From NCBI GenBank assembly GCA_965231125.1, contig OZ246414.1, positions 643,924 to 707,923 of the forward strand: a DNA stretch of 64,000 bases. Direction: 5' to 3'. This document shows, one piece after another, positions 22,501-31,569 of the stretch (position 1 is the stretch's first letter; each line of letters starts with the position of its first letter). The notes under the pieces are model-generated. The model worked only from the letters and a program-made list of their open reading frames with translations. It had not been told where the DNA came from and did no database searches. The DNA comes from an uncultured Gammaproteobacteria bacterium. GTDB lineage: Bacteria; Patescibacteriota; Microgenomatia; Woykebacterales; RBG-16-39-9b. The position numbers were made by a program, and so were the translations under genes.

Positions 22501-22506
22501 CTTTAA

Positions 22507-23130
22507 TTAGTAACAGGAGGACCAAAGACCTTTGTTATTTTCTTTGGCATACTGTTGGTCTTGGCTAAGTCGATCTTCATATTTGACATCCGGTGGAAAA
22601 GGATCGGCGTAAGCGTAACCTTGCTTAACTAAAAACTCGTTTATAAAAATGTCTTTTCCATTATCGGACGGCAACCAAACGTAGCGAAGCAGCCGGCCGT
22701 ATTTATCCCGCTCAGAAACGTCTTTGGTGAGGCGCACTTTTTTTCCTTCAACAAGTTTTTTATTTTCGGCAGAAGCCTCTTCCCCAAAACACTGTACTGG
22801 CCGGCGGGGATCCACCGTCTCGGGCGTGTTGATTCCGATGTAACGAACCTTAGCGCCACCTTCAAGTTCGATAGTGTCGCCGTCAACAACACGCGTAACC
22901 AAAACTAAATTTTCCTCACTTTTGTCTTTGGCAGCAGCAACTTTACCTTCAGAGCTTTTAGAATTTATTACCGGCTGCGGCAAGGGATGCGTATTGGTGA
23001 CTTCTGTTGTGTCAGAAGATTTTACTGCAGATGGACTTCCTTTATCGGTCGGAACGCTCGGCGAAAAAAGAATTCCGATGCCGGCGATTATTAAGGCCAG
23101 ACTAATAAGAGCGAAAAAACCTTTCTTCAT
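22507..23130 (-). CDS. secreted thermonuclease (staphylococcal nuclease/SNase family)
   Basis: Signal/TM N-terminus; SNase core VVDGDTIELEGGAKVRYIGINTPE...YGRLLRYVWL...NEFLVKQGYAYA. Confidence 0.8.
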   Translation of the reverse strand: MKKGFFALISLALIIAGIGILFSPSVPTDKGSPSAVKSSDTTEVTNTHPLPQPVINSKSSEGKVAAAKDKSEENLVLVTRVVDGDTIELEGGAKVRYIGINTPETVDPRRPVQCFGEEASAENKKLVEGKKVRLTKDVSERDKYGRLLRYVWLPSDNGKDIFINEFLVKQGYAYADPFPPDVKYEDRLSQDQQYAKENNKGLWSSCY

Positions 23131-23190
23131 AACTTAGACAGTATACCTTCTCTTGTTAAGAGTCTCAAATTTGTGTTTTAATGGCACGAG

Positions 23191-23664
23191 ATGGCTAGGA
23201 TAAAAAGTCTAAAGGTAGTGGTTGTCGTCTTCCTCACACTTCTTCTTATCTTTTTATTTACCTTCGCCCGCTCTTACGCTAGTAAAAAATATGTGGTTGT
23301 GATGGTGGGTGGCAGAAAAGTTTTGGCCGAAGTTACGAAGACTCAAGAGGAAAAAACCAAAGGACTCTCCGGCAGAGAAAGTTTGGCAGAAAGTTCAGGT
23401 ATGCTGTTTATCTTCGACAAGGCCGGCATTTACCCTTTTTGGATGAAAGGTATGAAGTTTCCTTTGGATTTTATTTGGATTGCTGGTGGCAAAGTAGTCG
23501 ACGTGACAGAAGACGCGCCAGTCCCGACACCTTCAGAAAAACCTATCTACACCGTCTACCAACCCCAGAAACCAGCGCAATACGTGTTGGAAGTAAACGC
23601 CGGTTTTGTCAAGAAAAACGCAATTAACATTGGTGACTCCGTCCAAAGCTCGGTACTTAAATGA
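23191..23664 (+). CDS. DUF192 family protein
   Basis: N-terminal TM region; ...SGMLFIFD....YPFWMKGMKFPLDFIWI....VV is the DUF192 (COG1430) signature. Confidence 0.7.
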   Translation: MARIKSLKVVVVVFLTLLLIFLFTFARSYASKKYVVVMVGGRKVLAEVTKTQEEKTKGLSGRESLAESSGMLFIFDKAGIYPFWMKGMKFPLDFIWIAGGKVVDVTEDAPVPTPSEKPIYTVYQPQKPAQYVLEVNAGFVKKNAINIGDSVQSSVLK

Positions 23665-23732
23665 AACGGATTGACTAGCCCGCTCTGAAAAAGGTAGAGT
23701 TAAAAAGTATATTTAAAGGGGGTGATTCATTT

Positions 23733-23891
23733 ATGTTCTTTGATGATCCAGATCCAAACATGCAGAAAGAAGGCGGCGAACAGGGAAACGAAGGCGAAAA
23801 CAAAGAAGGCGGCGAGAACCAAGGTGGAGACATGGGGCAACAGGGTGAGGGTGCTGATAAGCCTGAAGGCGGAGAAGAATCCGGCGAGAAA
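23733..23891 (+). CDS. small acidic Gly/Glu/Asn-rich low-complexity protein (52 aa), tentative
   Basis: ATG preceded by AAGGGGGTGA. MFFDDPDPNMQKEGGEQGNEGENKEGGENQGGDMGQQGEGADKPEGGEESGEKKGW. Composition-biased, so low confidence. Confidence 0.25.
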
Positions 23892-23938
23892 AAAGGTTGG
23901 TAATTGATATTCGGTAATATTTTGGATATAGTAGGTGC

Positions 23939-24341
23939 ATGAAGACTGGTACTGCCACGTTGCCATTACACTCCGGGCGAGCACCACGAAAGAATTACGA
24001 CTGCGGATATCAAACCGGAAAATCTTCGGAAGATTTTGTTAAAGACCTACGAGGTGCAACCGGCCAACTTTGAGGCTCTACTAGGGACAGCCGGAGTCGG
24101 TCCAAAGACAATTCGGGCTCTCGCTCTAATCTCTGAATTAATTTACGATGCTCCCGCAAGCCGTGAAGACCCCGTGAAATATTCTTTCGCTCACGGTGGT
24201 AAAGACGGCACCCCGTACCCAGTGGACAGAAAAACTTATGATGCGTCAATAGAAATTCTGCGTAAAGCGGTAAACCGCGCAAAACTGGGTCATTACGACA
24301 AACTCCACGCCCTGCGCCGCCTCCAAACCCCTATTATCTAA
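23939..24341 (+). pseudogene. internally deleted/frameshifted gene remnant (N-terminal 17 aa + C-terminal ~100 aa HhH fragment), DUF763-like by memory
   Basis: ATG 23939 encodes MKTGTATLPLHSGRAPR, then the frame is lost after ~44 codons. A +1 frame from 24036 encodes ...FEALLGTAGVGPKTIRALALISELIYDAPASREDPVKYSFAHGGKDGTPYPVDRKTYDASIEILRKAV. Together these look like the two termini of a ~400-aa protein with its middle missing. Confidence 0.4.
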
Positions 24342-24383
24342 TAACCAATTGCGTGGGGGACTCTTTCTTGATATCTTTAAACC

Positions 24384-24962
24384 ATGGAACAAAAGGTGGT
24401 AGAAATCCAAGCCCCACAGCCTCATGAAGAAAGATCGCTTGTTTCTTCTTTAGCAATCGCCGCTTTGATAATTGGAATTTTAGCTTTTATAGTGGGTTTC
24501 GCAGTTGGGAAAATAAGTTTAGCCGCCTCCAGTTCCCAAGGACTCAAACAGCAACCGACTGCTGTAGCCGGCTGGTCTTTATACACCGACAAGGATAATT
24601 TATTCGCCCTCTCGTACCCTCCAGATTGGAAAGCCCAAAAACATGCAAAAGCAGATGCCGACGGCGTCCAGATCCAAGGGAATAAAGGTTACGTGGACAC
24701 CTGGCTGCTGGTAGACCAACCCTTCCTTTTGGGAGAAAAGCAGCAGAACGCACTGTCTGGCCAAAACACTCTCGAAGTTGATGTAAGGGGTAACAAAGCC
24801 TCCGGCACTTTATACAAATACAAGGCGGGGAATTATTTCCTTGTTTTGGTCTTGGGGGACACAACAACTACTCCCCAAGTAACTTTCTGGGCGCAGGCGG
24901 ACGACGATACGACGAAAGATACTGTTTTGAAAATTATTGGATCGTTTAATTTCTTAAATTAA
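24384..24962 (+). CDS. membrane-anchored hypothetical protein
   Basis: N-terminal TM (LAIAALIIGILAFIVGFAV) then a ~150-aa extracytoplasmic domain. No family recognised. Confidence 0.5.
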   Translation: MEQKVVEIQAPQPHEERSLVSSLAIAALIIGILAFIVGFAVGKISLAASSSQGLKQQPTAVAGWSLYTDKDNLFALSYPPDWKAQKHAKADADGVQIQGNKGYVDTWLLVDQPFLLGEKQQNALSGQNTLEVDVRGNKASGTLYKYKAGNYFLVLVLGDTTTTPQVTFWAQADDDTTKDTVLKIIGSFNFLN

Positions 24963-25357
24963 TGCAAAAAAGTTTTACTGTTCAAACTACAAACTCAAAA
25001 GAAGTTATCGACATTACAGATAAAGTTGGGGAGGTTTTAGAAAATACTCATGAAGGCATCTGTTTAGTTTTTGGGCAACACACTACTTGCAGTGTGATGT
25101 TGGGGGAGTATGAGCCAGGACTTGATGAAGACTTTATAAATATGTTCCGACAGCTTTCCCCAAAAGGCCCTTTTAAACACGCTCACAACCCAGACCATGC
25201 GCCCTCGCACCTGTTCAGTAGTATGGTGGGCGAACAAGTGGTGGTACCAATTAAAGACGAGCAACTTAATCTAGGAACTTGGCAAAAAATAATGCTCGTA
25301 GAATTCGACGGCCCCAGGGAAAGAAAAATTATAGTTCAGGTATTAAAAACTAATTAA
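24962..25357 (+). CDS. YjbQ/UPF0047 family protein (secondary thiamine-phosphate synthase-like)
   Basis: HTTCSVMLGEYEPGLDEDF...HAHNPDHAPSHLFSSMVGEQVVVPIKDEQLNLGTWQKIMLVEFDGPRERKI matches the YjbQ signature. Confidence 0.75.
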   Translation: MQKSFTVQTTNSKEVIDITDKVGEVLENTHEGICLVFGQHTTCSVMLGEYEPGLDEDFINMFRQLSPKGPFKHAHNPDHAPSHLFSSMVGEQVVVPIKDEQLNLGTWQKIMLVEFDGPRERKIIVQVLKTN

Positions 25358-25956
25358 TAGCTTAAATTATGGAGAGGGGGTGAAACAAATTGGACAAAAA
25401 AACTGCCTTTCAGGCTCTTACGGTACTATCGGCATTATCGGTACTTTTTTCGGCGTCAGATTTCTTTATGAACACACCTGTGTTTGGCTTGGGTGCGGAT
25501 TCCTGGCTTATCGTGGCCATCACTTTAGGAGTCTGGGCCTTGATAGTTAAACAATGGAGTTAGCCCTAGGTGACATAAGCGCAGGTTTTTGATAACTTCC
25601 GCAAAAAAGAAGCCCGGTGGGATCTCGCGTACACCGGGCTCTGGAGGAGAGTGGAGTTGGGTTGTGACCGCCGGCCCGGTGATCGATAACCCAAAATCAC
25701 TCTGAACTCCCTATGTTAGACTTGGCAAGGGAAAACCAGCTACAATTGCGAGAAACTAACTGGTGGATTGATGTGAGTTCGGCTTAGACCTCGGTCACCA
25801 AAGGTTGAGAGCAGTTTTTCACCCGGCTGGAGGTTGTTTCTCACTGGCAGCTAGTCGGACTTTCTCCCTCTTCCAATCTCCCTTACCAAGCCAGTTCAAT
25901 ATTACAACATCAGTCAACTTGGATTTCCAATTTAAGGGGGTTATACTTACAATTAC

Positions 25957-26570
25957 ATGGCTAAAATTGCGCTGATTTTAATTTTTTTTTAATTGGCGCT
26001 CTGGCTTGGTTTTTCTTTCTCAGGGGTTACAGTGTCAAAAAAGTAAGCCGTCAAGGGCCAGTAGTCTTTTTTGGTGACAGCTTAACTGCCGGCGTTGGTG
26101 CCGCCCCGGGTCAGGATTTCCCTACACTTGTCGCAAAAAAACTGGGTTTAACCAATGTGATAAACGCCGGCGTTCCCGGAGACACAACCGCTTCTGCCCT
26201 GGCTCGTCTTCAAACCGACGTTTTAGATAAAAACCCTTCTCTTGTTATGGTGCTGCTCGGCGGTAATGATTTTCTGCAAGGAGTTCCAATCGACACAACC
26301 GTCAAAAACGTTGATGAAATTGTCAGAAGAATTTCGGAGTCTGAGGCAGCGGTCGTACTTGTCCACCTAAGATCCAATATTTTGAATGACAAATACAAGG
26401 CGCCGGCGGCACAAATTGCCAAAAAATACCACGCTGCTTTTGTGCCGGAAGTGCTCGATGGAATTCTTGGCCACCAAGACCTGATGGCCGATCAAGTCCA
26501 CCCCAACGCAAAAGGCTACGAAATTGTCGCAAATCGAACTGCACCCTCTGTCAAAAGCCTGCTTCGCTAG
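25957..26570 (+). CDS. SGNH/GDSL hydrolase, apparently frameshifted at a poly-T tract
   Basis: ATG 25957 encodes a signal-peptide-like MAKIALILIFF, then a stop. The next frame continues LIGALAWFFFLRGYSVKKVSRQGPVVFFGDSLTAG (GDSL block I) into the listed ORF 26157..26570 (blocks III/V: GGNDF, DQVHPNAKGY). No in-frame start codon lies upstream of the GDSL motif. The frames change inside the T-run at ~25982-25990. Confidence 0.6.
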
Positions 26571-27157
26571 TGTATAATTTTGGCGCAATGGAAAAACCTC
26601 CAAAAGTCCGCATCTACACAAAAACCGGCGACAAGGGCGAAACTTCTCTTTTCGGCGGAAAAAGAATAGATAAAGACCACTTGCGAGTCGAAACCTACGG
26701 GACTATCGATGAGTTAAATGCGGCTTTAGGAGCGGCGGCATCGTTCACAAAAGACAAAAAAGTTTTTGACATCATAAAGAAAATTCAAAACGATCTTTTC
26801 AATATTGGCGCCGAGCTTGCTAACCCCCAAAAAGTAGGGAAAGATACCAAGAGGCTATTTCAACTGGGAAAATCAAAAATAGAAGAGCTAGAAAGTATAA
26901 TTGACCATTTGGAAGAAAAGTTGCCACCAATTAGGGAGTTTATTTTACCCTCAGGCACAAGCGAGGCCAGTCTTCTTCACCTAGCTAGAAGTGTGGCGAG
27001 ACGCGCCGAAAGGCGAGTCGTTTCTCTATCAAAAAAGGAAAGGGTCAACCCCGACTTACTCATTTATCTAAACAGACTTTCCGATTTACTTTTTGTCCTT
27101 TCCAGGCATTTAAATAAACAGAAAGGGCTGAAAGAGGCACGTTGGGAAAAAGAATGA
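26570..27157 (+). CDS. ATP:cob(I)alamin adenosyltransferase, PduO/MMAB type
   Basis: RIYTKTGDKGETSLFGGKRIDKDHLRVETYGTIDELNA is the PduO-type N-terminal signature. The probable ATG is at ~26588. Confidence 0.8.
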   Translation: MYNFGAMEKPPKVRIYTKTGDKGETSLFGGKRIDKDHLRVETYGTIDELNAALGAAASFTKDKKVFDIIKKIQNDLFNIGAELANPQKVGKDTKRLFQLGKSKIEELESIIDHLEEKLPPIREFILPSGTSEASLLHLARSVARRAERRVVSLSKKERVNPDLLIYLNRLSDLLFVLSRHLNKQKGLKEARWEKE

Positions 27158-28278
27158 AAAAGTTATTAGTAACCATCGGGTTGTTAGTAGCCTCTTTTGG
27201 TTTTTTCTATTTTCTCAAACCGGCGGTATCAAACGCACCAACAAAACCCAGCATCCCCACTTCGACTGCCCCCAGCAGCAAGACTAAACAAGTAACAATC
27301 CCAACTTTATCGCTCAACGGAATTTTTGATAATAAAATTGATGTGGAAGGCTTGGATATATCAAAAATTATCAAGTTAATTGCCACCGGTGACGTAATTC
27401 CGGCCCGTGGCGCAAATTGGCCGGCAGTTACCAGTGGAGACTTTACGTATAACTGGAAGAAAACCGCCTCTTTCCTCAAGAGCGGAGATTTAACGCTCAT
27501 AAATTTAGAGGCCCCTTTAATTAAAAACTGTCCGTTGTTAACATCTGGTTTTACATTTTGTGGAGACTCCAGGCACATCAAAGGGCTTTTATTTGCTGGG
27601 GTAGATGTTGCCTCACTATCCAACAATCACATTGGCAATTTTGGGGATTCTGGCATTGACGAGACTATAAATCTTCTGGAAGCAAATAAAATTGGCTGGA
27701 GCGGGTTTAGTCATTTGGATATCGAAAAGGTAAAAGGGGTAAAGTTTGGTTTTCTTGCCTACAACGGTATCGGCACAAGCTTAGACCTTCCAGCAATCAA
27801 GAAAGAAGTTTCCGCAAGCAAGAAAAAGGTGGATGTTCTAGTTATCTCGATTCACTGGGGAAAAGAGTACGAACTCGTCCCCACAACCGCTGGAAATATC
27901 GCTCCGGACGATCCAAAAAAAGTTGGTCCGGCGCTAATCGATGCTGGAGCGGATTTAGTAATCGGCAATCACCCTCATGTCGTTCAAGGAATTCAAATTT
28001 ATAAGCCGCGGAGCGGCTTGCGCTCTGACGAGCTAAACAACAAACTTATAGCGTATGCTCACGGCAATTTTATTTTTGACCAAACTTGGAGCCAAGAGAC
28101 TCAAGAAGGAGTAGTAGGAGAATATATTTTCTACGGCAAGAAATTAATCGACGTGCGCTACCACCCGATTTTAGTAAACGTCTCCTACCAACCGCGGTTC
28201 CTTTCCGAAAAAGAGGGCAAGCACATCCTCGACCGCATGCTCAAATCCACCAAAGAAATTATGTCCAGTAAAAGGTGA
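27142..28278 (+). CDS. CapA/PgsA-family metallophosphatase (poly-gamma-glutamate synthesis protein-like)
   Basis: Signal/TM N-terminus; GDVIPARG, SNNHIGNFGDSGIDET, VISIHWGKEY, GADLVIGNHPHVVQG are calcineurin-like CapA motifs. Confidence 0.8.
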   Translation: MGKRMKKLLVTIGLLVASFGFFYFLKPAVSNAPTKPSIPTSTAPSSKTKQVTIPTLSLNGIFDNKIDVEGLDISKIIKLIATGDVIPARGANWPAVTSGDFTYNWKKTASFLKSGDLTLINLEAPLIKNCPLLTSGFTFCGDSRHIKGLLFAGVDVASLSNNHIGNFGDSGIDETINLLEANKIGWSGFSHLDIEKVKGVKFGFLAYNGIGTSLDLPAIKKEVSASKKKVDVLVISIHWGKEYELVPTTAGNIAPDDPKKVGPALIDAGADLVIGNHPHVVQGIQIYKPRSGLRSDELNNKLIAYAHGNFIFDQTWSQETQEGVVGEYIFYGKKLIDVRYHPILVNVSYQPRFLSEKEGKHILDRMLKSTKEIMSSKR

Positions 28279-28334
28279 CAAAAGTTTAGAGTGTTTTTGA
28301 CAACAAAACTTTTCTTAGAGTAACATTAAAAAGG

Positions 28335-29507
28335 ATGAACCAAGCGCCTTACCCTCCCAACCCAATTAATCTCACCTCACCAGAACCTACTCCCACTCCG
28401 CTAGAGCCGACAACAAACAAATTTCGGATTAATTTTAAAGCTCGGTTACCAAAAAAAGCTTTAACTGCCTCCACCAGTCTCTTAATTATTTTTTTAGTCG
28501 GGGCTGGCTTTCTCCTGCCAAAAATCCAAATATTGCGCTTTACTACAAGAACTCACAAAACAATTTCCGCCTCACTAACCAGTTTAGATTCGGTAGAAGC
28601 ACCTTTAAATAATCTTTATAAATTTGCCACTAAACCTCCTAGCAACACAGCAGTAGCCAAATATCAAAAAAGGGCAGCTACAAAATACTTTGTGGAAGAG
28701 CTAGAAAACTGGGCGAGTAGCCTTTCTTTCACGTTCCAGGGCCTGTCTATCGATAGCACCGGAAAAATCACCTTGGGTGGAAAAGTAGCCGGCTTGTCCA
28801 CGCGAGCAGACGATCAAAATAAAACCTATCTTTCTCAAAGAAGCCTCGCGGAAAAAGTTTCTTCCGAGGAAGCTAACTCAAACGAAATATTATCTGACCT
28901 TAAAACTGGTTTGGAGACTACTAAAACGCTTAGATCTTTGGTCAACCTAAAGAGTGATCTACAAAACCTTGACGCTGACACTGAAAAATACCTCTCGCAG
29001 GTAGGTAAAACTGCGGATTATTACATTTTAATTTCGGATTTGGGCTCGCAGCTCCAAGACATTTTTTCCAGCTCTCAAACTTCGCTTTACGCTTCAGCTA
29101 ACACAAATTCGCTAGTCGCTAGTTTTGACGATACTTCTAAAAAACTTAAAAGTTTGAGGGCGTCTCTTAACGATTTAGGGGATGATGATCTACCTCAAAA
29201 CATTCAAGATTTTAATAATTCTTCAATTCAAGCTTTCGATGTTGTCATAAAATATCTTGATCAAGTTAAAGTGCTCACTTTGAGACAAGATCCAAAGGGA
29301 ATAGTAGACGCAACAAGTAAACTTGCGTTAAAATTAAATAAGCTTACTTTGGAAAGTGCGGCAGGAGAGGTTTCTTTTTGGAAAAATAATGTCGCCTTAA
29401 ATTCCTACGGCAGTTTAAGCAGCGAACACACGACTCTTCTTAAGAAACTGGAAGAGGCTCGTGACAAAAATAGTTTCTTTATGGCAAAATATTTAGGAGG
29501 GCAATAA
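28335..29507 (+). CDS. hypothetical membrane-anchored protein (390 aa)
   Basis: Pro-rich N-terminus, one TM (LLIIFLVGAGFLL), then a long Ser/Leu/Asp-rich helical region. No family recognised. Confidence 0.5.
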   Translation: MNQAPYPPNPINLTSPEPTPTPLEPTTNKFRINFKARLPKKALTASTSLLIIFLVGAGFLLPKIQILRFTTRTHKTISASLTSLDSVEAPLNNLYKFATKPPSNTAVAKYQKRAATKYFVEELENWASSLSFTFQGLSIDSTGKITLGGKVAGLSTRADDQNKTYLSQRSLAEKVSSEEANSNEILSDLKTGLETTKTLRSLVNLKSDLQNLDADTEKYLSQVGKTADYYILISDLGSQLQDIFSSSQTSLYASANTNSLVASFDDTSKKLKSLRASLNDLGDDDLPQNIQDFNNSSIQAFDVVIKYLDQVKVLTLRQDPKGIVDATSKLALKLNKLTLESAAGEVSFWKNNVALNSYGSLSSEHTTLLKKLEEARDKNSFFMAKYLGGQ

Positions 29508-30092
29508 ATGAGTTTTAAAATTTGTGTCTCTGGTGCAGCCGAAGGTGATTGTTTAAATACGATAACGTTAGAAAAAGCCGAAAAGATTGGTGAAGCTATT
29601 GCAAAAGCCGGCGCTGTTTTGGTAACTGGCGCCACTACTGGGATACCAAACGCTGCCGCTCGGGGCGTAAAGAAAAAGGGGGGTATTTCAATCGGCTTTT
29701 CACCAGCCGCAAGTAGAGAAGATCACATCAACCGTTATCATCTTCCCACTACCCATACAGATTTAATCGTTTACACCGGTTTTGGTTACGCGGGAAGAAA
29801 TCTAATTCTCACGCGCAGTGCAGATGCTGTAATTATAATCTGCGGGCGTATCGGCACTTTAAATGAGTTTACCGTTGCTTTTGAAGATCGAAAACCAATC
29901 GGAGTGTTGGAAGAATCGGGTGGAATGGCTGATGAACTGGAAGATATAACTAGAATCGCTCACAAACACCAGTGTAAAGTGCTTTATGAACCGGATCCGG
30001 AAAAGCTAGTAACAGGCTTAATTGAAGACTTGAAAGAGAAATTTAAGCACGACAAAGAAAAACTAACCCCAGTCGGACACCCACCAGACTAA
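29508..30092 (+). CDS. LOG/TIGR00725-like Rossmann-fold nucleotide-binding protein
   Basis: ICVSGAA...AKAGAVLVTGATTGIPNAAARGV..GGISIGFSP..RSADAVIIICGRIGTLNE is typical of the SLOG/LOG (lysine-decarboxylase-like) family. Confidence 0.6.
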   Translation: MSFKICVSGAAEGDCLNTITLEKAEKIGEAIAKAGAVLVTGATTGIPNAAARGVKKKGGISIGFSPAASREDHINRYHLPTTHTDLIVYTGFGYAGRNLILTRSADAVIIICGRIGTLNEFTVAFEDRKPIGVLEESGGMADELEDITRIAHKHQCKVLYEPDPEKLVTGLIEDLKEKFKHDKEKLTPVGHPPD

Positions 30093-30122
30093 TTTGATGG
30101 CAGTATACCGAAAATTTGCGCT

Positions 30123-30270
30123 TGCAGGCTTAACTTTTAGAGAGTAGAATTTATTTTATCGCGGGAAAACCCAGGATTTTAGTCCTGGGGTGTAAAAATC
30201 CCGCGAGAAAACGTCGGAGACCGCGGCCTTTAGGACGCGGATGACGTCATCCAGAGAGAAGGTGGTACAA
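30123..30270 (+). promoter_or_regulatory. promoter plus structured ~110-nt leader
   Basis: TTGCAG-17-TAGAAT, then nested hairpins CGCGGGA[CCCAGGA..TCCTGGG]TCCCGCG and ACGTC[CCGCG..CGCGG]GACGT ending at the AAGGTGG RBS of the 30271 gene. Confidence 0.3.
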
Positions 30271-30528
30271 ATGGCGCAAGAAAAGGAAGTTGGAAAATTC
30301 ACCCATTTTTATGACAAGATAGAAGTCGGTGTGATCGAACTTTCGGCAGGCTTAAAAGTCGGTGATAAGATTCACATTCAAGGCGCTCATGATGATTTTG
30401 AACAAACTGTGGACAGCATGCAACTTGAGCATAAAGGAGTTGACGCTGGCAAAAAGGGAGAAGCAGTGGCAATAAAAGTAGAGAGACCCGTCCACAAAAA
30501 CGATAAGGTCTTTAAAGTAGGTGCTTAA
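30271..30528 (+). CDS. small beta-barrel protein of the EF-Tu domain 2-like / translation-factor-like family
   Basis: MAQEKEVGKFTHFYDKIEVGVIELSAGLKVGDKIHIQGAHDDFEQTVDSMQLEHKGVDAGKKGEAVAIKV. AAGGTGG RBS 6 nt upstream. The listed ORF starts at an earlier ATG (30241) inside the leader hairpin. Confidence 0.5.
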   Translation: MAQEKEVGKFTHFYDKIEVGVIELSAGLKVGDKIHIQGAHDDFEQTVDSMQLEHKGVDAGKKGEAVAIKVERPVHKNDKVFKVGA

Positions 30529-30569
30529 TTTCTTAATTCTTAACTCTTAATTCTGAATTCTAAATTACT

Positions 30570-31412
30570 ATGTACATTGGAATTGATATTGGTGGAACTC
30601 ACACAAGAGTAGCCGTTGGCGAAAACGGTAGTTACAAAGACAAAAAAGATTTTCCAACTAAAGATTTACTAACAACCCTAGATGAGATAAGAGAAGTAAT
30701 TGACGACTTTGGAAACTTTGAGACTTCCGCAGCCGGTGTTTCCATTGCCGGTCCTTTGAACTTTAAAACTGGAGCTGTCCATAATCCACCAAACTTACCT
30801 GGAGGTCTCGCCGGAAGCTGGTCTGGTAAGGCTCTAGCGGACATTCTTACAGATAAATTAGGTTTGAAAACTGTTGTTTCTCACGATGCCTCGGCGGCTG
30901 CTTTAGCTGAATCCTTATATGGAGCCGGGAAAAATAAAAACCCGGTCCTTTACTACACAATAAGCACTGGTATAGGCAGCGGGTTAGTTGTCGATGGGAA
31001 AATTTATCACGGAATTTACAACCCAGAGGCAGGCCACCAAATACTGCACAAGGACGGTGAGATTTGTCGGTGCGGCCAGAAGGGTGATTTGGAATCTCTA
31101 GCGTCCGGAATTTCCCTTCAGAAGGAATCTGGAAAAAATCCCGCCGAAGTTGAAGGAACCGAAGCGTGGGACAAGGCAATGGAATGGATTGGGGTCGGGA
31201 TTGCTAATTCAATTCTGCATTTTAGCCCGGAAATTGTCGTTGTCGGCGGGGGAATGACAAAACACGGAAATGTCTTTTTTGAACCAGTCCAAAAAGCGGT
31301 GGAGAAATATTTGGCCTTTGTTCCTCAAGTACCAATTGTTCCCGCCGGACTAGGCCAAGATTCTGGTTTAATAGGCGCAATTGAACTAGCCCAACAATCC
31401 GCAAAAACATAA
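30570..31412 (+). CDS. ROK-family sugar kinase (glucokinase-like)
   Basis: MYIGIDIGGTHTRVAV N-terminal ATPase motif, zinc motif CRCGQKGDLESLASG, GIGSGLVVDG. Confidence 0.8.
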   Translation: MYIGIDIGGTHTRVAVGENGSYKDKKDFPTKDLLTTLDEIREVIDDFGNFETSAAGVSIAGPLNFKTGAVHNPPNLPGGLAGSWSGKALADILTDKLGLKTVVSHDASAAALAESLYGAGKNKNPVLYYTISTGIGSGLVVDGKIYHGIYNPEAGHQILHKDGEICRCGQKGDLESLASGISLQKESGKNPAEVEGTEAWDKAMEWIGVGIANSILHFSPEIVVVGGGMTKHGNVFFEPVQKAVEKYLAFVPQVPIVPAGLGQDSGLIGAIELAQQSAKT

Positions 31413-31483
31413 CTATTCTTCGAGTGATCCGCCAGATGGCGGAGAATCGAGAAGCTTTAGTTCTCGACTTCGCTCGAACAATA

Positions 31484-31569
31484 AAAAGTGCAGCTCACGT
31501 TGCATTTAGATCTCGCCTAGCGAGAGCGCAGCAATCGTGAGCAAAAAAAGTGCAGCTCACGTTGCTATC
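31484..31569. repeat. two direct repeats of ~22 nt (AAAAAGTGCAGCTCACGTTGC) 62 nt apart, with flanking hairpins
   Basis: aaaaagtgcagctcacgttgcattt at ~31484 and aaaaaagtgcagctcacgttgctatcc at ~31546. Intergenic between ROK and the 31746 ORF. Confidence 0.5.

Noticed and set aside
23722-23907. 61-aa basic ORF MIHLCSLMIQIQTCRKKAAN...
   Set aside because: It overlaps in another frame a shorter ORF that has a proper RBS, and it is Lys/Arg-rich mirror-frame noise of a Gly/Glu-rich sequence.
31484-31569. Possible CRISPR array
   Set aside because: Only two repeat copies, no cas genes in the window, and the repeat length and spacer pattern are not CRISPR-like.
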